From positions 103,998-167,997 of the forward strand of contig JAUZRK010000001.1 in the NCBI GenBank assembly GCA_030950485.1: a stretch of 64,000 nucleotides of DNA, written 5' to 3'. Position 1 is the stretch's first letter. Every line of letters starts with the position of its first letter. Origin of the DNA: Candidatus Dojkabacteria bacterium (GTDB lineage Bacteria; Patescibacteriota; Dojkabacteria; J137). The translations under genes were made by a program, and so were the position numbers. The notes under the pieces were generated by a model, which saw nothing but the letters and a program-made list of their open reading frames with translations, did not search any database and was not told the origin of the DNA. Shown piece by piece: positions 9,544-21,890 of the stretch.

Positions 9544-10344
9544 ATGAGTACTAACTTTGACAAAATTGGAATCAGTTCAGAAGAATATTCTATATATGAA
9601 CTTCTTCTCAAACAACCTACATTAAATATCTCCGAACTCGCAAGAGAGAGCGGAATAACCCGAGTAACGGTTTATTCAGTCCTAGATTCATTACAAGAAA
9701 AAAATTTAATAAAGAGAGTCGATAATAAAAAAACAAAGGTTAAGTACTTTGCACAAAGTCCTGATGTGTTAAATGATTTTATAGTTAATTTCAAAAATGA
9801 TTCAGAAAAAGAGCTTAAAGAGTTAGAGAGTAGAATAAGTACATTAAAAGCTATAGCTGGCGATACAAAAGATCTAGATAGCTCAAACTTAAATGTAATA
9901 AGAGGAGCTGATGCACTAGATATTCTTGATCAGCTAATCTTAGACTGCGGGGAAAGCCTCTGCGGTATTTCATACGATTACCATGTCGACGCATGCTTTG
10001 AGTTCGATATAGACTATAGATTAAAAGATAACAAATACTTAGAACTAGTAATGAAACTTGGAGATAAATTTGCTTTTACTGGAACGAGCGAATCAATCAA
10101 ATCTTGTCAGAAATTAGCAAAAATGAATCCATTTTTAGAAGGTAAATGGGAGCCAAGGTGGATCGATAATAAAAAATTCAAGTTCAATATAAATCTTTAT
10201 TGCTACGGGGACAATACAGCTTTTTCATTAGGATCTAAAAAGCAGAAAGATTATCTAGTTTACATAATTCAAGATAAAAATATAACAGAGTCTATGCGGA
10301 ATTTAAGCCTATATTTATGGGATACAGCTAATTCTATTAACTAA
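9544..10344 (+). CDS. TrmB-family transcriptional regulator
   Basis: ISELARESGITRVTVYSVLDSLQEKNLI HTH plus C-terminal effector-type domain. Confidence 0.85.
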   Translation: MSTNFDKIGISSEEYSIYELLLKQPTLNISELARESGITRVTVYSVLDSLQEKNLIKRVDNKKTKVKYFAQSPDVLNDFIVNFKNDSEKELKELESRISTLKAIAGDTKDLDSSNLNVIRGADALDILDQLILDCGESLCGISYDYHVDACFEFDIDYRLKDNKYLELVMKLGDKFAFTGTSESIKSCQKLAKMNPFLEGKWEPRWIDNKKFKFNINLYCYGDNTAFSLGSKKQKDYLVYIIQDKNITESMRNLSLYLWDTANSIN

Positions 10345-10365
10345 TAAATTTATTATTCAAACATT

Positions 10366-10758
10366 ATGAAATTAAAAAAAATTGATTCAATAGCAATTTG
10401 GTAAGAAAACTGGAGAGAGCTTGCTGATTGGTATAAAGACATTTTTAGCCTAGAAGAAAACATGACTTTAGATCTTGCTGATGATACTGGTACAAATTTA
10501 ATTATTGGATATGGGAGCGTATTATTCTGGATTGGCTATCATGACCAAATTAAAGGCAAAAGCAAAGATCCGTTAAGAGTGATGCCTCCATTTGAAATAG
10601 ATGATGTTTTTGAAACTGAGAAAGAGCTTAAAGAAAAGGGAGTTCAGATTATCGCAAATGCTCAGTTATCTCCTACTAAAGATTTCTATTATTTAACTAT
10701 TCAAGATTTAGATGATAATACTATTAACTTATATAGCTTTAACTTAAAAAATGACTAA
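10366..10758 (+). pseudogene. VOC/glyoxalase family protein with in-frame TAA at 10402
   Basis: MKLKKIDSIAIW*ENWRELADWY; paralog 56708-57109 reads FWSENPDEL. Confidence 0.8.
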
Positions 10759-11944
10759 TAATTTAGAGTTATTAAAACTAGAAGTTAACAAACTTGATGA
10801 GCCGATTGAAAAAATCAAGAATCGAATTACAGGAGCAGATGTCTCTAGCTTGATCGAGAAAGAGTTTCTTTCCGAATACAAGCGTTTAATCAATGTAATC
10901 ATTGAGTTCGAAAAACCTACTGGAGAAAAGATAGAGAAAATTCTAAGCTTAGTCAAAAGCATTCAAAATCTTGCTAAAATTGATGTAAGTGAGTTTAAAA
11001 AAAGTGCAAAGGATATTCGAAGTTATATAACTAAAGCGCTTGATGATGTAGCAGCAGGAAACTACAGTATTTGGGCTCCGACTTATAATAAGCTTTTCTT
11101 CTATTCAGAAGTTGAGGCGTGGAAACTTGAAATCAAAACCATTAGAAAATTTGTAGAAAACAATACCGATATCAATAAGTCCTTTGAGATACTTGATGTT
11201 GGAACGGGAACTGGCTTCCCCTCTTTATTACTTTCCAGACTTTATCCAAACTCTCAGGTTAATGCTTTTGATAATTCAGATAAGATGCTTGAAATGGCTC
11301 AGGAGTTTGAAAAAGATGAAATACTTGATTCTAAAGAATTGAGTTTAACAAAGTTGATTCAAGAATATTTAGATCTTAATTACAAAGACTCTAAAAAACC
11401 AAAAAAAAAAAATTTTGTTCATTCACCAATTGTAACCTTAGATAATGAATCCGTCGACATAGGCGTCATGGCAACGGCTATACCTAGTTATACACCTTTT
11501 ACTAAACAGTTAGTTGAAAGTATTTACAGCTCACTTAAACCTGGATCGAGCGCCATGATAAATTTTTCATACATGAGCCTTCCTAGATTTATACTTCTTT
11601 GGAGAGATTATGGATTTACAAAAGCTAGAGAAGAATATAGAAAAAATGCTATTACAGATATTATTTTAGAACCGACAGAAGGAGGAAAGAGTGTTTTTAG
11701 TTTTAAAATTAGTTTTAAAAAATCAATTTGTGAAAAAATTCTTACAGAAACTGGATTTAAAATTAAAAAGAAACATTCTGTTTTTCCATTGTTATATCTA
11801 ATTCTTTCTCTTGGGAAGAAATCTATGCGACAAGATGACAAAAGAATTAGAGCGCCTTATATGTATTTTGAGTTTCCTAAAAATAGACTTCAAAAAGTAT
11901 TGTTTGGAACTTTAACTAAAATTGATTCGTTTCTGTCTAGATGA
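10751..11944 (+). CDS. Class I SAM-dependent methyltransferase (frame continues past TGA to 11998)
   Basis: ILDVGTGTG, AFDNSDKML, LKPG. Confidence 0.85.
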   Translation: MTNNLELLKLEVNKLDEPIEKIKNRITGADVSSLIEKEFLSEYKRLINVIIEFEKPTGEKIEKILSLVKSIQNLAKIDVSEFKKSAKDIRSYITKALDDVAAGNYSIWAPTYNKLFFYSEVEAWKLEIKTIRKFVENNTDINKSFEILDVGTGTGFPSLLLSRLYPNSQVNAFDNSDKMLEMAQEFEKDEILDSKELSLTKLIQEYLDLNYKDSKKPKKKNFVHSPIVTLDNESVDIGVMATAIPSYTPFTKQLVESIYSSLKPGSSAMINFSYMSLPRFILLWRDYGFTKAREEYRKNAITDIILEPTEGGKSVFSFKISFKKSICEKILTETGFKIKKKHSVFPLLYLILSLGKKSMRQDDKRIRAPYMYFEFPKNRLQKVLFGTLTKIDSFLSR

Positions 11945-11994
11945 GCTTTATTTACTGCGTATGAGTTACATTATGAGGTAGAAAAACCTAACAT

Positions 11995-12912
11995 TTAAAT
12001 ACTCCCTGGATTCAAAATTACAAACCCAACTAAAATCACAACAATAAAAAATGATTTATGAAGCAAAGTTCCCTTATCAATCCGCTCCGAAATAAGCCTA
12101 GGAAGAAACGTAGTAAGCAAAATACCCGCAATAAACATAAACACTGGATGAGTACCGTTTATTAACCACGCGATACTTAGAGGAGCAGCTAGAGCCGCTG
12201 CGTGAAAAGTTAGCCACGCTACTAAATTTACTACTTCATTAAAAATATTTATACCGATTAGATTTCTATCTGAACTAGAAGAGAAACTAAAAACCTTTTC
12301 TCTAGTTTCTCTAGATATAAACAAAACTCCTAAAGCAAATATCAAATAGCCTATATATTCCCAAAAAGTTGTCTTCCAAAGATCTTCTTCAAGAGCAACA
12401 TATTTAAAAGCTGTTGTATGTGCAGCAGCTAAGAAAGTAGCAAAAAGCATTAGTAGCACTCCTTTAATTGGAGCCCTGAAAGATCTTTCTCTAAAATCTA
12501 TAGCAAAAGATAGAGTTCCAATAAGAATAATTATTCCACCAAAAATCTGACGCGGGCTTAAAGTCTCACCTAAGAATATATAGGCTAAGAAAAATGAATA
12601 TATTGGTAAACTTTGAGTCATTACAATAAGTATTGAAGTTTCTCCATAGCTTAAAGACTTAAAGTAAGGGATTAATTGAAAGATAGAAATCATTCCAAAC
12701 AATATCAGTAGAATTGCGTTTTTAAATTCCACATCAAATGGATCTGCAAAAAATAATAAAAAGGGTAGTCCGAGAGTTGCGGATAAACCCGAAATAACAA
12801 CCAAAGAATTTAATCCCAGTTCTTTATTAAACTTAGTTACTAAAATTTTGTCTAAGTAGGCAACTATCGTCCAGCAAAACGGTGCGAGTAGAGCGTAAAA
12901 TAACCAGGTCAT
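11995..12912 (-). CDS. EamA/DMT family transporter
   Basis: About 10 hydrophobic segments, FLGETLS motif. Confidence 0.88.
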   Translation of the reverse strand: MTWLFYALLAPFCWTIVAYLDKILVTKFNKELGLNSLVVISGLSATLGLPFLLFFADPFDVEFKNAILLILFGMISIFQLIPYFKSLSYGETSILIVMTQSLPIYSFFLAYIFLGETLSPRQIFGGIIILIGTLSFAIDFRERSFRAPIKGVLLMLFATFLAAAHTTAFKYVALEEDLWKTTFWEYIGYLIFALGVLFISRETREKVFSFSSSSDRNLIGINIFNEVVNLVAWLTFHAAALAAPLSIAWLINGTHPVFMFIAGILLTTFLPRLISERIDKGTLLHKSFFIVVILVGFVILNPGSI

Positions 12913-13045
12913 GTTTAATTTTTATTTTGTTGAATTATAGCGCAGGTAAGTAATATTTACTCAGTTCGATTAAGTAAAATACATACATAAAGCAATATTA
13001 ACATATGTAAAATGGTAAACTAAACTTACTATTAATCAATTTAAA

Positions 13046-13840
13046 ATGGAAGATAAAGAAATTACAAAAAAGAAGAAATCTTGGTGGTAATTAAAATTCT
13101 GCCTACTGATAATACTATTACTTTTAATGATAATTGGAGTTGGAATACTTTATATATACTTTGATAAAGATACTGTCTGCGAAGAAGTTGAGAGAGTAGA
13201 AATCCCTTTACTTTCAGAGCTTCCAAATGAAGTTAACATCAAAATTAACGAAGGAGAGTCTCTTTACTATGAAGTTGATTTAGATTCTGATAGCTCAGTA
13301 AAATATTCATTAATTATTTATTCTGATAAAGCTAGCGTACAAGATAATGTAATTTTATGGCAAAAGCCACCTACTGGAGAATACGTAATCTCTGTAGAAG
13401 CATCTACTTCTGAAGATCTGGATTTATTTAAAATTAATCTTACTGTAAAAGAGGCTAGTTCAAATAATAAAACAGAAGAAGGTATTACAGAGGAAGCTAT
13501 ACCTGGTCCCTTAGTTGATCCAGTACCAGTAAAATTACCAGAACAACAGGCAGAAGTTATTGAAGAACCAGTTGTTGTAACAGATAATTGTACTCCTGAA
13601 CTTACAAGGTCTTACTGGGAAAGCAAATATCCGGGAACTATATGGTATACAGCTAATACTTCTATTACCCCAACAATGATTAGTACTACAGGCGCAGCTG
13701 GTGGATGTCATGTAAAAATAGATACTCCAGAAGGATGTTTGTTTTCAGGTTGGAAAGTGAATAGCAATACTGTTAGCTTAGCTAATTCTACAAAAACAGC
13801 TGTTAGCTCAGCATGCCCAGGCGTTACTATAGTTGAATAG
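13046..13840 (+). pseudogene. Membrane-anchored protein with Cys-containing C-terminus; in-frame TAA at 13088
   Basis: ATG 13046 MEDKEITKKKKSWW*LKFCLLIILLLLMII, same frame as the 13127 ORF. Confidence 0.65.
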
Positions 13841-13865
13841 AACTTATTAATGGGAAGTGATTAAG

Positions 13866-15593
13866 CTAGTGCTTACTCGCCTCCCACAATCTTTGATAAA
13901 CTTCATTATTCTTAATCAGCTCATCGTGATGTCCAGTACCAATAATCTCCCCTTTATCCATTACAACAATCCTATCAAAAAATGGTCCAGAGGAAATACG
14001 ATGAGTAATTGCAATCATCGCTGTGCTATGAAGTTCAGATAATGATTTGTAAATATTCTTCTCCGTAACTGTATCTAAACTTGCAGTAGCTTCATCTAAA
14101 ATTAGAATCTCCGGCTTAGTAACCAGAGCTCTAGCAATACAAATTCTTTGTGTTTCACCACCGGAGAGTTGTTTCCCTTTACTTCCTATAAGCTGATGGA
14201 TTCCGTCTTCGTACATTGAAATAAAATTCATTGCATCAGAGAGCTCCAACGCATCAACAACTTCTTTATCTGAAAGATCAATGTCACTAACTAATTGCAG
14301 ATTATCCTTAATGCTCCTACTTAATAGCTCATTTGCTTGAGGTACTACTTTTATATTCCCAAGTAATGAATCATTCTTAATATCTAATACATTTAAATCA
14401 TTTATATTTATCACTCCATCGTCTGGAAGATATAATTTCATTAAAAGCTTTGTTAGGGTAGATTTACCAGACCCAGAAGCTCCAACTATAGCGAGTTTCT
14501 CATTCTTATATATGTCTAGATTTATATTATTAAGTATTTTAGTACCTTCTAAATATGAAAAGTTAATTTTATTAAAGTTAACTTTTGTCCATTAACTGGG
14601 AAAATCTTTATCTCCTTCAGGAATCTTCCTCCCTATTTTAAAGATAGAAGATATTCTTTGTAATCCAGTTACGTTCTCTACTAAGTTTTCATAATCAGTC
14701 CAAACATTTGATGCTCTTGAGGTAATCTTTGTATAGTAAGCATATAATGTTACAGCAACATCAATATTCATATTCCCCTCAATAGCCATATATGCAACAA
14801 AAGCAAGTACTATAACTTCTGAAAGATCCAGCATTAAACTTTGAGATGCAGATGTAATTCTCTCAAACCTCCTTAATACTCTAGTACTATCAATGACTTT
14901 TTCATAAGCACTATCTAGATTTTTAAGTAACTTTGAAGTGATATTTAAAAACCTTACAGTTTTAATTTTTGAAGTAAACTCAAAAAGACTAGAATAGTTA
15001 TTTTCTTCCTCTTTTTGTAGTTCTAAATTAAGTTCTTGGTATTTTCTTGCATTTCTATTTACTGATAGAAAAAAGAAGATTAATATTATTATCGACCAAA
15101 TCCCAACTCTAACATCGAATAGCATTAATAAAATTATTGAGAAAAATAATTCTGCTACTCTTTGAAAAGTTGCAGTAAACATAATTTTCAAAATCATCCT
15201 AACTGCTTTAGATCCCAAGGATATTCTTTCTAGATAGCCTCCCTGAGCTTCATTTTCATGAAAGTCATAATCTAAAGTAAATAAATACTGTAGTGCAAGA
15301 ATTCTAGATCTATTTCTAATATATTCTGAAAGTACTTTTGTTTTATAAGCAACTATATTTCTTATTACTGTGACCAATACTAAGCTAATAGCTGTCAAAG
15401 CTATCATCTGGTAAATATTATCAAAATTCTCATTTGCAAAACTTCCAACAATCTTACCGTATAAAAAAGGTGGGATCATTGCAATTAAAGACACTACTAT
15501 AGTAACGCCAAAGTAAAACAATAATTTCCTTTTATATCCTTCTGTAAAAAAGGACATGTCTTTTAAAACATTTTTAATAGGGTAGTGCTGCAT
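13866..15593 (-). pseudogene. ABC exporter (TMD+NBD) with in-frame TAA at 14592
   Basis: Frame continues PS*WTKVNF...VGASGSGKST (Walker A), LSGGETQR, LILDEATA. Confidence 0.88.
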
Positions 15594-15603
15594 TTATTTT
15601 TAA

Positions 15604-16095
15604 CTAAATATATTCATTTAAATCATTAATCTCTATACTATGTTTGATTATCTCATCTTGAAAGCTCTTATAGAAATTAAAATTCAAGCTATCATTCTCA
15701 AACTCAAGGTATTTCCCAGATTCGTCATAGTTTAACTTAAGCACAGTCTTGTTATCAATATTCCAGAAATCTATTTTTGGTAAATCTAATTGATTAAATT
15801 CGCTATCCATTATAATTTTTATATCATCTCCGTATTTCTTCGCTACTTTAAAAACTTCGATTTCAAATTTTGTATAGTCATTAATTGGGAGTGTAACTAA
15901 TCTAACTCTTTTTGTAGAAACTCCACCTTTATTCTTTGATTTTAAGAAATCGAACCATTCAGCATTATCAGTCATATCTACTTTACCAGTCTTAAGATAT
16001 TTATCTAAACTTTCTTTATCTTCAGATAAGTATTGTAAGCTCTCAAATCTAAAAAGAGATTTCTGTGAATTTTTTAAATATTCAAATAGTTCCAT
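15604..16095 (-). CDS. DUF6879-like protein
   Basis: FRFESLQY, RVRLV, YTKFE, DFWNID, LNYDESG pattern. Confidence 0.6.
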   Translation of the reverse strand: MELFEYLKNSQKSLFRFESLQYLSEDKESLDKYLKTGKVDMTDNAEWFDFLKSKNKGGVSTKRVRLVTLPINDYTKFEIEVFKVAKKYGDDIKIIMDSEFNQLDLPKIDFWNIDNKTVLKLNYDESGKYLEFENDSLNFNFYKSFQDEIIKHSIEINDLNEYI

Positions 16096-16117
16096 TATCT
16101 AACTTTAATTTAATATT

Positions 16118-17194
16118 CTATAAATATTCATCCATTCCCCTTTTCTTTAACTCATCTAAGATTTTCTTAATATTTCCCACCCTATCTTTAGTTGTAACTA
16201 AAAGAGCATCTTCAGTATCAACAATAACAATATCCTTAAGCCCTAAAGTTGCAATCAACTTCTTTTTCTTTCCCTTTATGAGAACATCTTTAGAATCAAT
16301 ATTAATAATATCTCCATCTAAATAATTCCCATCATCAGCGGAAAAGAACTCAGAAATACTTCCCCAAGCTCCAATATCTTTCCATTTAAACGGAGTCAAA
16401 ATAACATAACCTTCCTTCATGGAATGACTAATAACTTCTCCTGTCATTCCTGGCTCCATTTCTGAATAAACTTTATCTGTTAACTCATCTTCATTCTCCA
16501 ATCCAAATGTAGCCTCAATCTTCATTAAATCTTCATACCAATTAGGTTTATATTTCTTATAATCATTTAATAGCAAGCTTGGATACCAGCACGTGTGGTT
16601 ACAGTGTGTAGAAACTCTATATTTTTCTACAAGTTCTTTAGTTTGCTTATAATCTCCGAGCCTATTTATAAATCTATTTACTTTAAAAACCTCAATATTA
16701 TTTTCATTCATAATCGAATCGCCGAGTTCCATATAATCACTTCCCATATCCGGATAAATCGCTTTCTGACCAGCAGTTTTAAATTTCTTATCTCTTCTTA
16801 CAAGTTTTTCTGCAAGAGCTATCATATCTAAAAATCTTTCTTCAGGTACCCTAAAATCATCAGATTGAACAAGCATAAATGGTTCGTCGTCTGTAAGATG
16901 CATCAATTTCAGAAAAGCAAAACCTTCTCCTGGACCTCTATTTTTCTGATAATCAGGTTCATAAATAATATTTTCCTTTGGGATCTCGTTAGCTTGTTCA
17001 TCAATAAAGTTTTTATATCTTTTTTTAGTTGATATAAAAATATCAGCTGGTGAATAAGCTTTAAGTAAAGTTTTAATTTGATATTGGAATAATGATTCGT
17101 TACCTATTATTTTCTAAAACTGCTTTGGAGCTGAGACTCTACTGTAAGGCCAGAGTTTGGTTCCTTGTCCTTCCGCTACTATTAATAATTTCAT
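16118..17194 (-). pseudogene. manC: Mannose-1-phosphate guanylyltransferase-like, in-frame TAG at 17114-17116
   Basis: MKLLIVAEGQGTKLWPYSR..PKQF*; WKDIGAW; VDTEDALLV. Confidence 0.82.
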
Positions 17195-17254
17195 CTAGTA
17201 AGTGTATAAATGAATTAAGTTTTCTTATAGAATACTATAAGTACGCCATTTTAC

Positions 17255-18457
17255 ATGAAAAACAAAGAATCATTACAAAGATTAGAAATTGCCCAGCAGC
17301 AAGTGCTTTTTCGAGTACTTTATCAAATCGGATCGCTAATATTTTTTCCTTATTATTATATACGCTTATATAAAACCACTGGATCTCTTTCGATAATATT
17401 CTTAGAATCATTAGTGTTTTTTATATCACTTTGGGCAGCATTTACAATTTTCACATTTATAATTGATAAGAATGGCTACCTTAAATCGTATAGACTCTCT
17501 TTTATAATTCAAGCAATAGCATTTGGAGCAGTCTTTATATTTCTTGACCAAATTGAAGAGCTATATATTATTTTCGCCATATTAGTTGGTTTTGGAAGAG
17601 GTACATTCTGGCCAATTTATCATGGAGCTAGCCTTAAGGAATTCCAAGGAATAAGAAGAGGGAAGCTTATTGATATAAATGAATCTATAATACAAATTCT
17701 ATCTATTCTTCTTCCGATTATGGCAGGAGCTGTAATAGGTTTTAGCAATCAAGGGTTAAGAATAATTATTTTAATTTATATTTCAATAATATTGACGGCT
17801 GTTCTATATCCTTGGAAGTACAATAAAAAGCCTAGAAATAAAATTCGCTCATCTGAAATAACAGCGATATTTAAAAAGAAGCATTTTAAAAGATATTTTT
17901 GGATAATGTTCTTTGAAGCTGGAGTATCTAGGTTTATGGGATCGTTATTTTTGGTTATCCCATATATTTTAATTGGAAATGAATTCGGAGTAGGAGGATT
18001 AGCAACTTTAACAGGTATTGTTGCTGCGGTTGGTTCTTTCTCAGAAAGAAATCTAGATATAAAATATAAAACCCCAATAGCTTATTTCGTTTATATTCTC
18101 TCTGGAATAGGAACATTACTATTAGGAATAATCTGGACAGTTCCAATGCTAGCTATCAGAAGTTTAATAGTAAATTTAAGATCATCACTTGGAAGTACTC
18201 TTTATGCAGAATTGAACTACAAAGTAAAAGAAAAGCTACTTGGTGACTTTAAAGATGAATCTGCGCTCGAAATGAATTTAATTGATGAAACTATTGCAAT
18301 GCTTGGTAGAGTTTTTGCTTTAATACTCTCATATTTTTTCATAACTGAAGTTAAAGATATTGAGATCGTCTTAAAAAGTGGCTTAATAATATTTGCTTTC
18401 TACCCTCTATTATCATTCACTCTTAGCAAAAAGCTTAACGATAAATTAAAAAAGTAG
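17255..18457 (+). CDS. MFS transporter
   Basis: About 12 TM segments, 400 aa. Confidence 0.8.
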   Translation: MKNKESLQRLEIAQQQVLFRVLYQIGSLIFFPYYYIRLYKTTGSLSIIFLESLVFFISLWAAFTIFTFIIDKNGYLKSYRLSFIIQAIAFGAVFIFLDQIEELYIIFAILVGFGRGTFWPIYHGASLKEFQGIRRGKLIDINESIIQILSILLPIMAGAVIGFSNQGLRIIILIYISIILTAVLYPWKYNKKPRNKIRSSEITAIFKKKHFKRYFWIMFFEAGVSRFMGSLFLVIPYILIGNEFGVGGLATLTGIVAAVGSFSERNLDIKYKTPIAYFVYILSGIGTLLLGIIWTVPMLAIRSLIVNLRSSLGSTLYAELNYKVKEKLLGDFKDESALEMNLIDETIAMLGRVFALILSYFFITEVKDIEIVLKSGLIIFAFYPLLSFTLSKKLNDKLKK

Positions 18458-18458
18458 A

Positions 18459-18818
18459 TTAAACTCCGGCAGCGGTTTTAGCTGCATCTAATGAAATTGA
18501 AGCGCATTTTAATCTTGAAGAAGTAAGCTCTATACCTATAAGCTCTAAAAGACTGTCTAGATTAAATTTAGAAAGTTCACTAATTTTCATACCAATAATC
18601 TTTTCATAAAGTAGGGAAGCTGAACCTATACAAATAGAACAACCTTCTCCATTGAAAGAAACATCTACAATTACGTCATTTTTTATATCTAGCTGAATTG
18701 TAACTCTATCTCCACAAGATAAATTCTTAGAAGTAGCCTTGTTTGTATATTCGATTTGTTTATCGAAATTCTGGGGATTTTTATAATGATCTAGGAGTTG
18801 TTCTTGGTATTCATTCAT
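18459..18818 (-). CDS. sufU: SufU/NifU-family Fe-S scaffold or sulfur acceptor
   Basis: DHYKNPQN, NLSCGD, GEGCSIC, RLKCA. Confidence 0.9.
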   Translation of the reverse strand: MNEYQEQLLDHYKNPQNFDKQIEYTNKATSKNLSCGDRVTIQLDIKNDVIVDVSFNGEGCSICIGSASLLYEKIIGMKISELSKFNLDSLLELIGIELTSSRLKCASISLDAAKTAAGV

Positions 18819-18913
18819 AATAAATTATACTATAAGTAATTGTGTTTATATTAGTTTATTACTAGTATTTTATTCAAAAATGTTAAATAATATATCAGAT
18901 AACTCAATCCCAA

Positions 18914-20206
18914 GTGAACGACAAAAATAATAGTGAATTAAAAGTAATAGGAATCTCTGGAACTAGAGGTAAAACTATAGTCGCCCATATACTTTATGAT
19001 CTTCTATACTCTTCTGGTATAAGAGTTTCTTTATTATCAACAAACGGGATAGTTATAAATGGAGTTAGTCAAAATGATGCAGCAAATTCTTACAATATTA
19101 ATAAGAAAACATTAAAGAACTTTTTCAGAGATTCAAATAAAGAAGAATGTCAGTATGCAATAGTTGAAATTTCTTCACAAAAAATTAAAGATGGAACATT
19201 TAATGGAGTTGAACTTTCTCATGCAATACTTACAAATATCCATGAAGATTCGCTAGAGATTCATGGAACACTAAATGAATATATCCATACAAAAATCGAA
19301 TTTGTAAAACTTATTAAAGATGGAGGTGCATTAATAGTTGACTCAAGTGATAAAAATTCAAAGAGTATAATAAGAGAAAATAAAGATAAGATTGAAAATA
19401 ATATCTATGTAATTAATGCAAATAGAAGCATCATTGCTAGAGAAGAGCACTTTATAGATGGTACAAGATTCTATATTGACGAGCTCGGAGAGGTTATTAC
19501 TAGGCTTTCTGGTGACTTTAACATCGGCAATATTATTCTTGCAGTAATGTTAGCGAGATTTTTAACAAATCCAAAAACTTTAATACCTAGTCTTAGAAAA
19601 GCAGAGCCGATTTTAGGTAGGTTACACTTGTATAGAAAAACACCAGCTAATATTTTTGTAGATTATGCAAAGAAACCTGGAACACTTAAGGCATCTCTTG
19701 AGCATCTAACCAAAGTAAAAAGTCCAAAATCACGAATAATTAGTGTGTTCGGAGCTTCAGGGGACAAAGATAAACTAGGAAGAGAATCTGGAAATGTTTT
19801 AAAAGACTTATCGGATTATGTAATATTAACCTCCCAAGATCCTAATTTTGAAGATGTGTCAAAAATAAATTCAGAAATACATACCTCTTCTGGTGATTAT
19901 GGTAGTGTCTTAATAGAGAGAATTGGATCGGAACAAGAGTACGAACTAATTAAATATGATAATTTGGCCAATAAAATTGAAAGAGTATATTTAACAGGAG
20001 ACGTTCCGTTTATTGCTTTTGACGAAAATGCATATACAAGTAGGCTAAATGCAATAGACTTAGCGTTAAAAATATCTAGACCTGGAGATATTATTTATAT
20101 AACAGGAAAAGGTCACGAAAAGTCTTCAATTTATAACAATATTGAATATGAGTGGTCTGATTATGAGGCTATTAATCTTTTATTAAGCCAATATGGATAC
20201 CAATAA
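18914..20206 (+). CDS. Mur ligase (MurE-like, divergent)
   Basis: ISGTRGKT, VEISS, VDYA, VFGASGDKD, GKGHE. Confidence 0.85.
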   Translation: MNDKNNSELKVIGISGTRGKTIVAHILYDLLYSSGIRVSLLSTNGIVINGVSQNDAANSYNINKKTLKNFFRDSNKEECQYAIVEISSQKIKDGTFNGVELSHAILTNIHEDSLEIHGTLNEYIHTKIEFVKLIKDGGALIVDSSDKNSKSIIRENKDKIENNIYVINANRSIIAREEHFIDGTRFYIDELGEVITRLSGDFNIGNIILAVMLARFLTNPKTLIPSLRKAEPILGRLHLYRKTPANIFVDYAKKPGTLKASLEHLTKVKSPKSRIISVFGASGDKDKLGRESGNVLKDLSDYVILTSQDPNFEDVSKINSEIHTSSGDYGSVLIERIGSEQEYELIKYDNLANKIERVYLTGDVPFIAFDENAYTSRLNAIDLALKISRPGDIIYITGKGHEKSSIYNNIEYEWSDYEAINLLLSQYGYQ

Positions 20207-20756
20207 AAAATTAATATTAGTAGAAAGAGTTGAAACATTCTTTATATTACAAGCAATTGTATTAGTTATAATGGCTAGTCTTTTGTTCTTAGTTATAGTT
20301 TCACCAAAACCTCTATCTGAAAAAAGTAGTTTAAATCCAAGCGTCCAAGGTATTAGTGATACTATTAGCAACTTAGAATTCAAAAATGAATACAGTTATA
20401 TAAGTCATAATACGAATGAATACAGTGAATTTGACAAAAATATTTACCATATAAACATTACTCCAAACCAATTATTACAATCTCAATATATTTCAGATCT
20501 TGTTGAAATAACTAATTTAAATACATCAGAAGCAAAGATAAATTTAAATTTAGCTATAAAAGGAAATCTGGGCTACGATTTAGACTTATTTATAATTGAT
20601 AGAGGTATTGAAAAACTTTTATTCGATTCGATTTCGGGTCCAAGAAATGTAGAATTATTACTAAAACCTTCAGAAATTCGAAATATAAAAATAAAAATAA
20701 TTTCTCATGATAAGATCAATTACCCTATTACACTAGGCTTAGAGTTTAAATACTAA
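20193..20756 (+). CDS. Membrane-anchored hypothetical protein
   Basis: N-terminal TM followed by VQGIS; overlaps Mur ligase stop. Confidence 0.7.
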   Translation: MDTNKKLILVERVETFFILQAIVLVIMASLLFLVIVSPKPLSEKSSLNPSVQGISDTISNLEFKNEYSYISHNTNEYSEFDKNIYHINITPNQLLQSQYISDLVEITNLNTSEAKINLNLAIKGNLGYDLDLFIIDRGIEKLLFDSISGPRNVELLLKPSEIRNIKIKIISHDKINYPITLGLEFKY

Positions 20757-20856
20757 TTCTTTCAAAATCCTTACAGTACAATTTGTTTCATTCTTGATTT
20801 GACTATATATAAAGGGCTAATGTAATATATTATTTGTATAATTATTAACATCATTT

Positions 20857-21876
20857 ATGGCTAAAACTAAAAAAGAACCTGAAGATAAAAACGAGTCTGG
20901 TAAGCAAAAAGCAATCAACGTAGCAATCGAACAAATTACAAAACAATTTGGAGAAGGATCAATAATGACCCTTAAAGAAGGTAAGGTTAAAAAAATGGAT
21001 GTCATTCCAACAGGTGCTGTCTCTTTAGATATTGCGTTAGGAGTAGGAGGTGTACCAAGAGGAAGAATTGTAGAGATTTATGGACCTGAATCATCAGGTA
21101 AAACTACTTTAGCTCTACATATAATTGCTGAAGCACAAAAAATTGGAGGAGTATGTGCATTTATAGATGCTGAGCATGCATTTGATCCAGTATATGGAGA
21201 GGCATTAGGTATTAAAACAGAAGATCTTCTAGTTTCTCAACCAGATTATGGAGAACAAGCACTAGAAATATTAGAAACTTTAGTTAGATCTGGTGGAATT
21301 GATTTAATAGTTGTAGATTCAGTAGCAGCGCTAACACCTAAAGCTGAGATCGATGGCGAAATGGGAGATTCTCATATGGGTCTTCAAGCAAGATTAATGA
21401 GTCAGGCCTTAAGAAAAATAACTGGTATTACTGGAAAAACAAATACTACTGTAATTTTCATCAATCAGCTTAGAATGAAAATCGGTGTAATGTTTGGAAG
21501 TCCAGAAACAACAACCGGTGGAAATGCTTTAAAGTTCTATTCTTCTATTAGAATGGATGTGAGACAAAAAGAAAAAATTAAAAACGGAGATGAAATTATA
21601 GGTGCTATTACAAGAGTGAAGATTGTAAAAAACAAATTAGCTCCTCCTTTTAGAGAAGCATTTTATGAATCAAGACATGGAACAGGTATCGATAAAATCT
21701 CTAGTCTAATTGATGCTGCAGTAAAATTCGAAGTAATTGAGCAAGCGGGAGCATGGTTCAAATACAATGGAGGAAATTTAGGACAAGGTAGAGAAACAGT
21801 TAAAGAAGTTCTTAAGACAGATCAAAAACTTCTGAAAGAAGTATGGGCAGCAGTTAAAGAAAAAGTTGGTTTATAA
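20857..21876 (+). CDS. recA: Recombinase A
   Basis: [33 protein letters not shown]. Confidence 0.99.
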   Translation: MAKTKKEPEDKNESGKQKAINVAIEQITKQFGEGSIMTLKEGKVKKMDVIPTGAVSLDIALGVGGVPRGRIVEIYGPESSGKTTLALHIIAEAQKIGGVCAFIDAEHAFDPVYGEALGIKTEDLLVSQPDYGEQALEILETLVRSGGIDLIVVDSVAALTPKAEIDGEMGDSHMGLQARLMSQALRKITGITGKTNTTVIFINQLRMKIGVMFGSPETTTGGNALKFYSSIRMDVRQKEKIKNGDEIIGAITRVKIVKNKLAPPFREAFYESRHGTGIDKISSLIDAAVKFEVIEQAGAWFKYNGGNLGQGRETVKEVLKTDQKLLKEVWAAVKEKVGL

Positions 21877-21890
21877 TTTAATCGAATCTA

